Virus record (IMG/VR): IMGVR_UViG_3300032053_000031 | Source: a virus | Lineage: Duplodnaviria > Heunggongvirae > Uroviricota > Caudoviricetes | Reading direction: 5' to 3' (one strand) | Length of the DNA: 21,780 bases | Part shown: one piece after another, positions 1-7,493 of the stretch | How positions within the stretch are numbered: position 1 is the stretch's first letter | How the letters are laid out: each line of letters opens with the position of its first letter | Made by a program: the position numbers and the translations under genes | Notes under the pieces: generated by a model | What the model was told of the DNA's origin: nothing | The model's database searches: none | The model's input: the letters and a program-made list of their open reading frames with translations, nothing else

Positions 1-18
1 CACGGAACACCTACTAAA

Positions 19-954
19 ATGAACGAAAGGGAAATGGCGGAGAAAAATACAATATTGAAGTTCCTAGCAGGGTCCCATGTTTATGGGACGGTCACACCCA
101 ATAGTGATAAGGATTATATAGGCGTCTTTGTGCCTAGCGAAGAGTATATCCTGGGAACAAAAACTTGTGAACAAGTTCAAATAAGGACAAATCCTTCTGG
201 AAGTAAGAAGCAGAATACTAAGGATGATGTAGATACCGTTCTTTATTCATTGCCCAAATTTGTTAAGTTGTTAACGGCTAATAATCCAACAGTGCTCGAG
301 ACCTTATATTACCCAAAAGCTAACATATTGACTTGTACCAGTCTAGGACAGAAATTATTAGACAGTGCTCCTCTCTTCGTGTCAAAAAAGACTAAACACA
401 CATTTCTAGGATATGCGTTTACTCAAAAGAAGGGACTTACTCATAAGAGGGAAAGGTTTATAGTCATAAGTGAAGCTCTGAAGATGTTAGATACCTTGGA
501 GCAAAGCGGTCATGAAATATTACCTGAACCGTTACAGCTGAAGTCTGAACTACGTGAAGATGGCACCTGGGGAAGATATGAGAAGGGACAAACAATAGTT
601 AAGGTTCGTGAACTATTAGATGACCATCTTAAGTCCTACGGTCATCGTATAGAGGATATAAAAGTTCACGGCTTCAGTACTAAGTTCGCTTCTCACCTTA
701 TAAGGCTCCTAGAAGAAGGATTAGAAGTACTAGTAGAGGGAAAGATAACCTTCCCTCTTTCGTATAACTGCCTTTTAAGAGACATAAAGCTTGGAAAGTA
801 TCCTTTAGATAAGATACTTGAGTTAGCTGAGGCAAAGGAAAAGTTAGTTGAAGAAGCTTACATACGGTCACCGCTTCAGCACTCACCGGACGTTAACAAG
901 ATAGATAATCTTCAAATAGAACTACTCCGCAGTTTTTGGGGCTATACTAAATGA
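19..954 (+). CDS. Pol-beta-superfamily nucleotidyltransferase, RlaP/Nuc-transf (PF10127)-like, 311 aa
   Basis: N-terminal GSHVYG-x5-SDKDYIG motif (GS...DxD), then NPTVLE, FLGYA and TKFASHLIRLL motifs typical of this phage/bacterial family. ATG19 overlaps a TGA (20-22) in another frame, i.e. ATGA coupling to a gene outside the window. Confidence 0.85.
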   Translation: MNEREMAEKNTILKFLAGSHVYGTVTPNSDKDYIGVFVPSEEYILGTKTCEQVQIRTNPSGSKKQNTKDDVDTVLYSLPKFVKLLTANNPTVLETLYYPKANILTCTSLGQKLLDSAPLFVSKKTKHTFLGYAFTQKKGLTHKRERFIVISEALKMLDTLEQSGHEILPEPLQLKSELREDGTWGRYEKGQTIVKVRELLDDHLKSYGHRIEDIKVHGFSTKFASHLIRLLEEGLEVLVEGKITFPLSYNCLLRDIKLGKYPLDKILELAEAKEKLVEEAYIRSPLQHSPDVNKIDNLQIELLRSFWGYTK

Positions 955-1220
955 ACACCCAAAAGTTCAAAGAGACTATCTGTAAGATAGTTGGTCATAC
1001 TTTCGACACAGAAATAGATCTAATCGTCTGTCAAAGATGTGGATATGAACGTGTTATATCATGGCAAAGGCTAGCCGACGCGATGGTACAGCCTCTCAGA
1101 GCCACTCTAGATTATCGGGGAATAGGTAGAAAGATATTAAAGATAGAGGACATAAATGACAAGGATAATGATTCCTCAAAGGGTAAAGATGCTTCGGGAG
1201 AGGAAGGAAAAGACAGTTAA
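951..1220 (+). CDS. Small Zn-binding protein, C-x3-GH...CxRC (DUF1660-like)
   Basis: ICKIVGH...CQRCG motif; ATGA overlap with the upstream stop. Confidence 0.55.
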   Translation: MNTQKFKETICKIVGHTFDTEIDLIVCQRCGYERVISWQRLADAMVQPLRATLDYRGIGRKILKIEDINDKDNDSSKGKDASGEEGKDS

Positions 1221-1344
1221 AGTTGTTGTAGAAATACCTGTATACATGATTAAAGATACGGACGAATATGGTTATGAGATTCTGATGCTGGTAGAAGAGA
1301 AGCTTGGGATAAAGGCGAAAAAGAAATTAACTCAAGGTTGTTAA
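1156..1344 (+). CDS. Hypothetical protein, 62 aa
   Basis: GAGGA RBS upstream of ATG1156; ends 1 nt before the next ATG. Confidence 0.6.
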   Translation: MTRIMIPQRVKMLRERKEKTVKVVVEIPVYMIKDTDEYGYEILMLVEEKLGIKAKKKLTQGC

Positions 1345-1345
1345 T

Positions 1346-1996
1346 ATGGCAAAAACTATAACAGTTAAAACCGTTAAACAGTTATTTGATGATCTTCGAT
1401 ATCATGTTGATATTGAATATAATACGGATACGTCTCACTGTACATGCCAGGATATATGTCGTTGTGGACGGGTAGTTGATATTAAGGTCAAGGGCTTTTA
1501 TGGGGACATCTCAGAGCTATTTTTTGGTTTATGCAAAGATGAAATCGAAAAATATTGTGTCGACAGAATTGTTACTCATGGCGTAGATATTAATAACATT
1601 CAAGTTAGTACTACATGGGGCTACTACGGGGAAGAATTAGGTACTGTTAAATTAAATAATTCTCCTGTGGCTGAACTTGAGAGTGCCTTAAGTACTAAGA
1701 GTCCCTTGAAAAAGATATTTCAGACTCTAACATATGAGTATGGCTATCTCCTTCCGGATCTTGAGAAGATGACGAAGGTTGAAGTGATAGAAATTCCTTC
1801 TGACCTAATTAATATTGGAAACACTGAGCACTACCGCAGATTAGATAAACAAGCTATAGAACGTTATAAGAACAATAAAAATAAGTTACCAAAAGCTGTT
1901 GTATGTGCTGTAGGTGAAGGATATAGACTGATAGATGGTTATCATCGAATAGCTGCACAAGGGAAAGGTAAAATCAAAGTAATTGTTTTATCATAG
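1346..1996 (+). CDS. Hypothetical protein with C-terminal ParB/sulfiredoxin-like motif and N-terminal Cys cluster
   Basis: C-terminal YRLIDGYHRIAA matches the ParB-N DGxHR motif; HCTCQDICRC near the N-terminus; TAG stop. Confidence 0.6.
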   Translation: MAKTITVKTVKQLFDDLRYHVDIEYNTDTSHCTCQDICRCGRVVDIKVKGFYGDISELFFGLCKDEIEKYCVDRIVTHGVDINNIQVSTTWGYYGEELGTVKLNNSPVAELESALSTKSPLKKIFQTLTYEYGYLLPDLEKMTKVEVIEIPSDLINIGNTEHYRRLDKQAIERYKNNKNKLPKAVVCAVGEGYRLIDGYHRIAAQGKGKIKVIVLS

Positions 1997-2003
1997 GAGA
2001 TAA

Positions 2004-2177
2004 ATGAGCTTAATAAAGAATTCGGCAATCAAGAAAGTAATTAAGGAAGCTGGTCTAAGAATTAGTAAGGATTCGTTTCCGCATTTCGAAAGGAAGTTAA
2101 ACATTGCTATTCAGAATGCTATTCAGATGGCAAAGAATGATCGGCGGCAAACTATCCGCCCGGAAGATATTTCCTAA
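2004..2177 (+). CDS. Prokaryotic histone-fold protein, 57 aa (short-alpha2, truncated-alpha3, Bd0055-like); not in the ORF track
   Basis: Hand translation gives MSLIKNSAIKKVIKEAGLRISKDSFPHFERKLNIAIQNAIQMAKNDRRQTIRPEDIS*. AGGAGA RBS at 1995-2000; RxTxxxxD histone L2/alpha3 motif; fills the gap between two genes. Confidence 0.85.
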   Translation: MSLIKNSAIKKVIKEAGLRISKDSFPHFERKLNIAIQNAIQMAKNDRRQTIRPEDIS

Positions 2178-2190
2178 GTAGAGGAACCGC

Positions 2191-2490
2191 ATGAGCTCCG
2201 ACAAAGATAAGTCCGTTATTCCTGAGGGACAGTATTGCTACGACGAGTTTGGGGTGTGTCCCTACTGGTCACTCGATCCCACGCACCCTGAACAAGAAAA
2301 TGGTCATTGTGCTTATCTAGAACAAGGCGACTGGGAAACTGGTGGTCTATTATGGGACCAATGTAAAGAGTGTGGAATTAACGAAGATGGACCCGGAGTT
2401 GAAGAGGAGTTTGAGGAAGTCACGGATTTTGTCCAGAAGCATAGAAATGGCAAATGGAGTTCCAATGACGAGGAAGAAACTGACGAGTAA
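2191..2490 (+). CDS. Cys-rich phage hypothetical protein, 99 aa
   Basis: IPEGQYCY...CPYW...GHCAYL...LLWDQCKECG pattern; GAGGA RBS. Confidence 0.65.
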   Translation: MSSDKDKSVIPEGQYCYDEFGVCPYWSLDPTHPEQENGHCAYLEQGDWETGGLLWDQCKECGINEDGPGVEEEFEEVTDFVQKHRNGKWSSNDEEETDE

Positions 2491-3097
2491 ACAGATCATA
2501 GATATTGCAATAGACGCAGGTATCATACCTGAGGCACAAGTTGGCTTAAAGAAAATGCTCACGACTCCAGTGTCTGTAATAAACGTTCCGCATATTATAC
2601 CTGGACGAATGGGTAGACCTGATCAGGTTAGTTATGGTCCTCAACATTACACTCCTACTGAAAAGGTACCTGTAGCATCCTTTAGCAAGTATATCTCTTC
2701 CTATAAAAAGAAAATGATTAGACGTATGGAAGGCTTTCTTCGGGAAGCGAAGAGAATGGATCATAAACTGAAGGAAATAATATTAAAAATGGACGAGCTT
2801 GGCTATAGAATAGATAGTATTGACATATATGACAAAGATAAGGAACAGATATTTAATAACAGAAAGCGGCCTAAGGCTGTGTCGTTTGAAGTCAAAGCGA
2901 CTAGAGGAGAAATGAAATTGTCCGGTAGCTTACGCATCAAGCCCGCAACAATTCACTTCTCTTTAGGTAGAGTCGACAAGTATTATAGGGGGTGTGTACT
3001 CTCTATGAAATACTTCAGGACTCTGCGAGTAAAGGATAACTATCTTGCAGCTTTAGTTAATAGTTCAGAACAGTTTAATTATGGAATGCACTTCTAG
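2465..3097 (+). CDS. Hypothetical protein, about 210 aa
   Basis: Start re-assigned to ATG2465 (GGAG upstream); the track start at 2342 overlaps the previous gene by about 150 nt. TAG stop. Confidence 0.7.
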   Translation: MTRKKLTSKQIIDIAIDAGIIPEAQVGLKKMLTTPVSVINVPHIIPGRMGRPDQVSYGPQHYTPTEKVPVASFSKYISSYKKKMIRRMEGFLREAKRMDHKLKEIILKMDELGYRIDSIDIYDKDKEQIFNNRKRPKAVSFEVKATRGEMKLSGSLRIKPATIHFSLGRVDKYYRGCVLSMKYFRTLRVKDNYLAALVNSSEQFNYGMHF

Positions 3098-3105
3098 GAG
3101 GATAA

Positions 3106-3291
3106 ATGTACCATCCTATATCCACTGACATAATTTATGCTCGAAAGAAAAAGAAAACGAAGACTACCTTAGATAAGGCTGTTGAAGACCTTCAAAAGAA
3201 AGGTGCGAAGTTTAAGGCGGTCTTTAGGGGAAAGAGATGGTACATAATAGTTCCAAGAAAAGGAAGGATAGATTTGTTTCTTCCTGTTTAG
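3106..3291 (+). CDS. Small basic hypothetical protein, 61 aa
   Basis: AGGAGG RBS; Lys-rich; TAG stop. Confidence 0.6.
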   Translation: MYHPISTDIIYARKKKKTKTTLDKAVEDLQKKGAKFKAVFRGKRWYIIVPRKGRIDLFLPV

Positions 3292-3425
3292 TTTGTTTAG
3301 TAAACCCGACAAATTCATGTAGCATGTGTGGGAAGAAATTCTGTGATTCACATGGGTATTCATTTGAATATCCAAGTTCACATTCTTCGGGTGTTTGTTA
3401 TGGGTGCTGGACTACAAAATGGTAA
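3237..3425 (+). CDS. Small Zn-finger protein (CxxC-x7-CxxC-x4-C-x2-H); paralog of 7754-7972
   Basis: CLVCLVNPTNSCSMCGKKFCDSH...CYGC. Exact start uncertain (55-nt overlap with the upstream gene). Confidence 0.6.
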   Translation: MVHNSSKKRKDRFVSSCLVCLVNPTNSCSMCGKKFCDSHGYSFEYPSSHSSGVCYGCWTTKW

Positions 3426-3856
3426 ACGAAATATATAAAGCCAATCTCATCAAGGCAGGTTGCTTATGCAATAAATGCGGATTGATCTATGGTCTTGATC
3501 ATCCGGAAGATGTAGATTGGCTCTTTGCTAATGGCAGAAAGAATTTCTGTCATGATTACTTCGCTGCAAAACATTTTTCCGCGAATAGATTTAATCTGTT
3601 CAAGCTCAAGGGAAAGTGGTACTCTGTAAAGGGTACACATATACAAATGTTTCTCTACATCGATCTTATTGAAGATGCCTTTGGGGGATACATGAATACA
3701 CCTATTCCGATAAGGTTGTCCAGACAAGTTGATATATTCCGCGTTGCAAAACAGCTAGGAGTAGAAGGTAATCTCTCATTTAATAAGACACAGCTTAAAC
3801 GGGCAAAGACTTTAAACTTCGTAGAGTCTCTTAAAGGTAGACGACGTCGATACTAA
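3419..3856 (+). CDS. Hypothetical protein with CxCxxC motif, about 145 aa
   Basis: ATG3419 overlaps the previous stop (ATGGTAA); long ORF. Confidence 0.65.
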   Translation: MVNEIYKANLIKAGCLCNKCGLIYGLDHPEDVDWLFANGRKNFCHDYFAAKHFSANRFNLFKLKGKWYSVKGTHIQMFLYIDLIEDAFGGYMNTPIPIRLSRQVDIFRVAKQLGVEGNLSFNKTQLKRAKTLNFVESLKGRRRRY

Positions 3857-3857
3857 A

Positions 3858-4166
3858 ATGGCGAAGGTATATCAAAAGAAAAATCCAGATCACAATATCT
3901 CCTGGGAAGAGGTAGAAATAGTCATAGAGACTATGCACATAGTTTATTGCAATGATGTGATTAGGATTTCTTTTGATTATATGGGACGTACAAGAGGTAT
4001 GGTAGCTGACACTGATAATTTCAAAAGAAAGGTTCGTTGGGATTATCAATACCCTTACGGGGCAAAAGCTGAAAGGATTGGATTCGTTCTACATAGAATA
4101 ATTCTATCTGAACCGATGAAATATTTGCGTCGAGATTATGTATTAAGAGTATTGCTAGGAGAATAA
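3858..4166 (+). CDS. Hypothetical protein, 102 aa
   Basis: ORF packed 1 nt from both neighbours. Confidence 0.65.
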   Translation: MAKVYQKKNPDHNISWEEVEIVIETMHIVYCNDVIRISFDYMGRTRGMVADTDNFKRKVRWDYQYPYGAKAERIGFVLHRIILSEPMKYLRRDYVLRVLLGE

Positions 4167-4167
4167 A

Positions 4168-4650
4168 ATGAATACTCTCAAATATAATAATGTTGACTAT
4201 AGGGTAGTTGTTGTGGAAGATCATCTGGACAAGATAATGCAGACGATCGGTGAGATTGTCTCATCTTATGTTAAAGGAGAAGCGGTAGTAGCCGACTTTA
4301 GTAATCTTAGATCCCGTGGGGCAAAAACATCCCATGCGGGTATCTCTTCCGGCGCAGCTTCATTCGCGGAAGCAATGGATGGTGCAATCGTTTCAGTAAT
4401 GCATGAAACGGATATCAAAAGATATCCGCCTATAGCTATACTGGCAGAAAGCCATCCCGACTTCACAGAATTTAAAAGCTCCGATCCCCAAATTGTCCTT
4501 TACGCCAGTCTATCGGATACTGGTCTAAAGATACTTGAAAAGGGAAAGAAGAACATAACGCCACGGTGGGAACTCAAAACCAAAGAGGAGGTGAGACAGA
4601 GTCTGGTGGACGTCGAGAAGCAGGCGAGTCCTTTCTTCAGGAGAGCTTAA
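4168..4650 (+). CDS. Stand-alone fragment of ribonucleotide reductase alpha subunit (specificity-site/dimer-interface region), no catalytic Cys, 160 aa
   Basis: VVEDHLDKIM...DFSNLRSRG...GISSGAASF...D...R...L...HPDFTEF follows the NrdJ/NrdA consensus V-D-S-x-e-x-I...dfS-x-lRp-x-G...G-x-sSG-x-vSF...HPDi-x-eF. The protein has no cysteine at all. GGAG RBS. Confidence 0.75.
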   Translation: MNTLKYNNVDYRVVVVEDHLDKIMQTIGEIVSSYVKGEAVVADFSNLRSRGAKTSHAGISSGAASFAEAMDGAIVSVMHETDIKRYPPIAILAESHPDFTEFKSSDPQIVLYASLSDTGLKILEKGKKNITPRWELKTKEEVRQSLVDVEKQASPFFRRA

Positions 4651-5540
4651 TGTTGAATCCGACTAGTTTTGATGAATATGTAGGACAAAAACAAGTTATA
4701 GAAAATTTAAAGGTATGTGTTAAGGGAGCAGAAACAAACAGAAAGATATTAGACCACGTACTGCTAGCAGGTCCTGCTGGCTTAGGTAAGACAAGTCTTG
4801 CTGAAATAATTGCTAAAGAAGTTAAAGCCCCAATTATAAAATTAATGGCGCCACTTCTAACCGGCACTTCTATGCTTGACTTGTTTGATGTAATGTCATA
4901 TGGAACAGTTCTATTCATAGATGAAATTCATGCCTTAGCTCCTAAAGTGGAAGAAGCTCTTTACGATCCTATAGACAATTTTAAATGGAGAGGAAAGAGT
5001 ATTCTTCCTTTTACTTTAATTGGTGCTACGACAAAAGAGGGAGGTCTAAGTAAACCTTTACGTAGTCGGTTCACTATTGTTGAAACATTTAATTTCTATA
5101 CAGTAGATGAATTGAAGCAAGTAATTAAAAGGTCGGCATTGTTATTAAATATTAATATAGATGATGACGGGGCGACCATTGTAGCACAACGGTCGAGAGG
5201 AATACCTCGGCTTGCAAATCAGAATCTTAAGAGACTGAGTTATTATAGTAATGTTATAACGCGCGAGATCGCTCAAAACACTTTGGACAAAGCGCTTGGC
5301 ATAGATGAAAACGGGTTGGATAGAGTTGACATCAATATATTAGAAACGATCCACAAATCCTTTAATAATGGTCCTGTAGGTATTGAGTCACTGTCGTCTA
5401 TCGTCGACGAAGATTTGTCGACTCTAGAATCTTTAAGAGAACCCTTCCTTGTAAGATCTGGTTTCTTACAAAGAGGTAGTAAAGGTCGTTCCTTAACATC
5501 CAAAGCTATTGAGTATCTCGAAAGGAAAAACAATGGCTAA
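4650..5540 (+). CDS. ruvB: Holliday-junction branch-migration AAA+ ATPase RuvB homolog, 296 aa
   Basis: LNPTSFDEYVGQ, Walker A GPAGLGKT, Walker B LFIDEIH, FTLIGATT, Arg finger PLRSRF, sensor-2 RGIPR, winged-helix GPVG...EPFL...GR. Start at ATG4650 (AGGAG RBS, TAATG overlap). Confidence 0.95.
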   Translation: MLNPTSFDEYVGQKQVIENLKVCVKGAETNRKILDHVLLAGPAGLGKTSLAEIIAKEVKAPIIKLMAPLLTGTSMLDLFDVMSYGTVLFIDEIHALAPKVEEALYDPIDNFKWRGKSILPFTLIGATTKEGGLSKPLRSRFTIVETFNFYTVDELKQVIKRSALLLNINIDDDGATIVAQRSRGIPRLANQNLKRLSYYSNVITREIAQNTLDKALGIDENGLDRVDINILETIHKSFNNGPVGIESLSSIVDEDLSTLESLREPFLVRSGFLQRGSKGRSLTSKAIEYLERKNNG

Positions 5541-5748
5541 AACAAAGAAGGTAGTAATTAAAGAACTTAATCTTCAATACTCTGACTATAAGAATATTGA
5601 AGGTGAACTAGTAGATGTGGAAAATGAAGTAGCTATCGTAGCTCTTCCACTAAGAAGCTTATTCGCAGAGGATGAAAGAGAGCTTCGTAAGGTGGGAGAT
5701 CGTGTACAAGTTCGTGTTCATGTATCGAGGTTGATTATTAAGGATTAG
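5533..5748 (+). CDS. Hypothetical small beta-rich protein, 71 aa
   Basis: AAGGA RBS before ATG5533; TAG stop 2 nt before the next ATG. Confidence 0.65.
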   Translation: MAKTKKVVIKELNLQYSDYKNIEGELVDVENEVAIVALPLRSLFAEDERELRKVGDRVQVRVHVSRLIIKD

Positions 5749-5750
5749 AT

Positions 5751-6011
5751 ATGGATGCAAATAAGTACAAGAAGTTACAACAAGTTAATTGGCATCCAGT
5801 AGCCTGCTGCGCCACATGTACTCATTTCTGTCGAGGTAGAAAAGGAATGGGTACGTGTGGTGATAGTAGAAATAACTATGAACATTTAAAACATAAGAGG
5901 ACACATCCTCTACCGGCGTATGAAGGAGCTACGTGCGATCGCTGGGTAGCTTCTTCTGAAGCTACTAGAATTAAAGAATGGTTTGGGAGGGGTGAAGATG
6001 AACGTCCGTAA
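5751..6011 (+). CDS. Cys-rich hypothetical protein, 86 aa
   Basis: CCxxCxxxC...C...C pattern; AAGGA RBS. Confidence 0.6.
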   Translation: MDANKYKKLQQVNWHPVACCATCTHFCRGRKGMGTCGDSRNNYEHLKHKRTHPLPAYEGATCDRWVASSEATRIKEWFGRGEDERP

Positions 6012-6372
6012 GCCCGCTAAAATCTGGAAAGAAGAAAAGCTTGACTATTTGATGGCTTATGACCTCGAGGGTTCTATAGACGAAGCTATTAAGAAAATTC
6101 AGGAGTGGCCCAAAGCTTATTCAAATCACAAAGACTTTAAACTAATTTATGAGCACAATGGCGAAGATGGTGCGGACGGTCTTGCTTTAGTCGCTAAACG
6201 TCTTGAGACCGACGAAGAGTTAAACAAACGGGCTAAGGCTAATAGTCAGGCTAAGGGAAGAAGGCAGAAAGAAAAAGAATTGAAAAAGCAGGAAGAGCTC
6301 AAACTTTTGGAACAGCTCCAAAAGAAATATGGAGGGGATAACAAGCAACTCTGTGACAATAACAAAGAGTAG
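5998..6372 (+). CDS. Hypothetical protein with charged C-terminal helix, about 124 aa
   Basis: GGGAGG RBS before ATG5998; TAG stop. Confidence 0.65.
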   Translation: MNVRKPAKIWKEEKLDYLMAYDLEGSIDEAIKKIQEWPKAYSNHKDFKLIYEHNGEDGADGLALVAKRLETDEELNKRAKANSQAKGRRQKEKELKKQEELKLLEQLQKKYGGDNKQLCDNNKE

Positions 6373-6565
6373 TTTTACTTGTTACTTCAAAGGACACATC
6401 TTTAATTATAAGCAAAGGCACGGTAAGCCTAAGTGTTCTAGATGTGGTCACCTTAATGAACCGGATACTTATTATAGAGGATTCACTTATGAGGAACATA
6501 AAGGGCTATGTGATAGTACCACTACTAATACTTCTAGCTGGATGTATGACAACCAAGAACTGTGA
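6329..6565 (+). CDS. Small Zn-binding protein, C-x3-GH...CxRC (DUF1660-like); paralog of 951-1220
   Basis: TCYFKGH...KCSRCGH; start uncertain. Confidence 0.5.
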   Translation: MEGITSNSVTITKSSFTCYFKGHIFNYKQRHGKPKCSRCGHLNEPDTYYRGFTYEEHKGLCDSTTTNTSSWMYDNQEL

Positions 6566-6776
6566 AAAGAAGAGTAATAGACAGACAGCGGAAGCTATCC
6601 AGTTACAATATCTGATGGATCAAGCTGTATTGATGAATATTGATCGCGACTGGATGGTGTTAAATTGTGAGCTGCTCCAGAAGTTTAATGAATTGGGTAA
6701 ATATTGTAAAGTTAAAACTAATTTGAAATTACCCTCGGCTTGTGTCGAAGTATTAAAAAATAAGGAGAAACATTAA
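6489..6776 (+). CDS. Putative lipoprotein, 95 aa
   Basis: MRNIK + hydrophobic stretch + lipobox LAGC; GAGG RBS before ATG6489. Confidence 0.65.
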   Translation: MRNIKGYVIVPLLILLAGCMTTKNCEKKSNRQTAEAIQLQYLMDQAVLMNIDRDWMVLNCELLQKFNELGKYCKVKTNLKLPSACVEVLKNKEKH

Positions 6777-6976
6777 TGCATTACGTAATTAGATGTGTTA
6801 AATCTTTCGGGACAGCGAGACCTGGGATGTTTGTTAATATGACTGGTGGCTATACGCGCAAGATTAATAGTGCTGACGTCTTTAGTAAGGATCGGGCGGA
6901 ACAAATGATCGAAGACTACGTGGGCGACGAAAGCGGTGATTATTTTGAATTACTGCCGGTGGAGATTAACTATTGA
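6776..6976 (+). CDS. Hypothetical protein, 66 aa
   Basis: AAGGAG RBS; TAATG overlap. Confidence 0.6.
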   Translation: MHYVIRCVKSFGTARPGMFVNMTGGYTRKINSADVFSKDRAEQMIEDYVGDESGDYFELLPVEINY

Positions 6977-7428
6977 CTCTTTACGAGAAGAACCGTAGGG
7001 AATGTATTTTCGATTTGAAAAACGTTCCTACGGAAATCTTACGATTCCAAAAGTTTAATAAAAAGCTTACGATAATAGAGAGACGCGTGTCTGCTTTCTT
7101 AATCGATTGTATGGGACGTAATTTTATTTCTAAGGTTAGAACTCAGCAAATTATAAAGTTGGGAGATGACAATTACATCATGGTAGACTTCTTAATAGAG
7201 AAACCTGACCTAATAATTGAAGTTGACGGTCCTGAACACAATACTAAAGAAGATGCCTACCGCGACAAGTTAATTAAGAAGTATTTTAATTATGATGTTA
7301 TTCGTATTAAAAATAAAGATACAATAGTTAAGAACAGTGAAATGCGCAATGATCTTCTGACAATCTTTGCTAAGGTACAAAGACTTGATCCAGGGATTCT
7401 GATACAGAACTACTGGAGTGGAAGATGA
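6973..7428 (+). CDS. DUF559 / Vsr-like PD-(D/E)xK endonuclease
   Basis: VDF...LIIEVDGPEH...D..RD...VIRIKN motif; TTG start with GGAG RBS. Confidence 0.8.
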   Translation: MTLYEKNRRECIFDLKNVPTEILRFQKFNKKLTIIERRVSAFLIDCMGRNFISKVRTQQIIKLGDDNYIMVDFLIEKPDLIIEVDGPEHNTKEDAYRDKLIKKYFNYDVIRIKNKDTIVKNSEMRNDLLTIFAKVQRLDPGILIQNYWSGR

Positions 7429-7493
7429 GTATGTGTCATAAAGACTGGTCAAGGGTGTATAAGATGAATAGGAGTGTACGAGCCAGTGATTAA
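7425..7493 (+). CDS. Possible 22-aa micro-ORF (MSMCHKDWSRVYKMNRSVRASD)
   Basis: GGAG RBS, ATGA overlap with the upstream stop; fills the gap and its stop overlaps GTG7486. Confidence 0.35.
   Translation: MSMCHKDWSRVYKMNRSVRASD

Noticed and set aside
3858-5540. A frameshifted or interrupted full-length RNR gene around 4168-4650
   Set aside because: The flanking ORFs are unrelated (a hypothetical and RuvB) and abut within 0-1 nt, and no RNR catalytic motifs were seen in neighbouring frames.
2342-6488. Longest-ORF starts at 2342, 3395, 4566, 5509, 5983 and 6444
   Set aside because: They create long overlaps and lack RBSs. Downstream ATGs (2465, 3419, 4650, 5533, 5998, 6489) have RBSs or stop/start overlaps and fit the domain boundaries.
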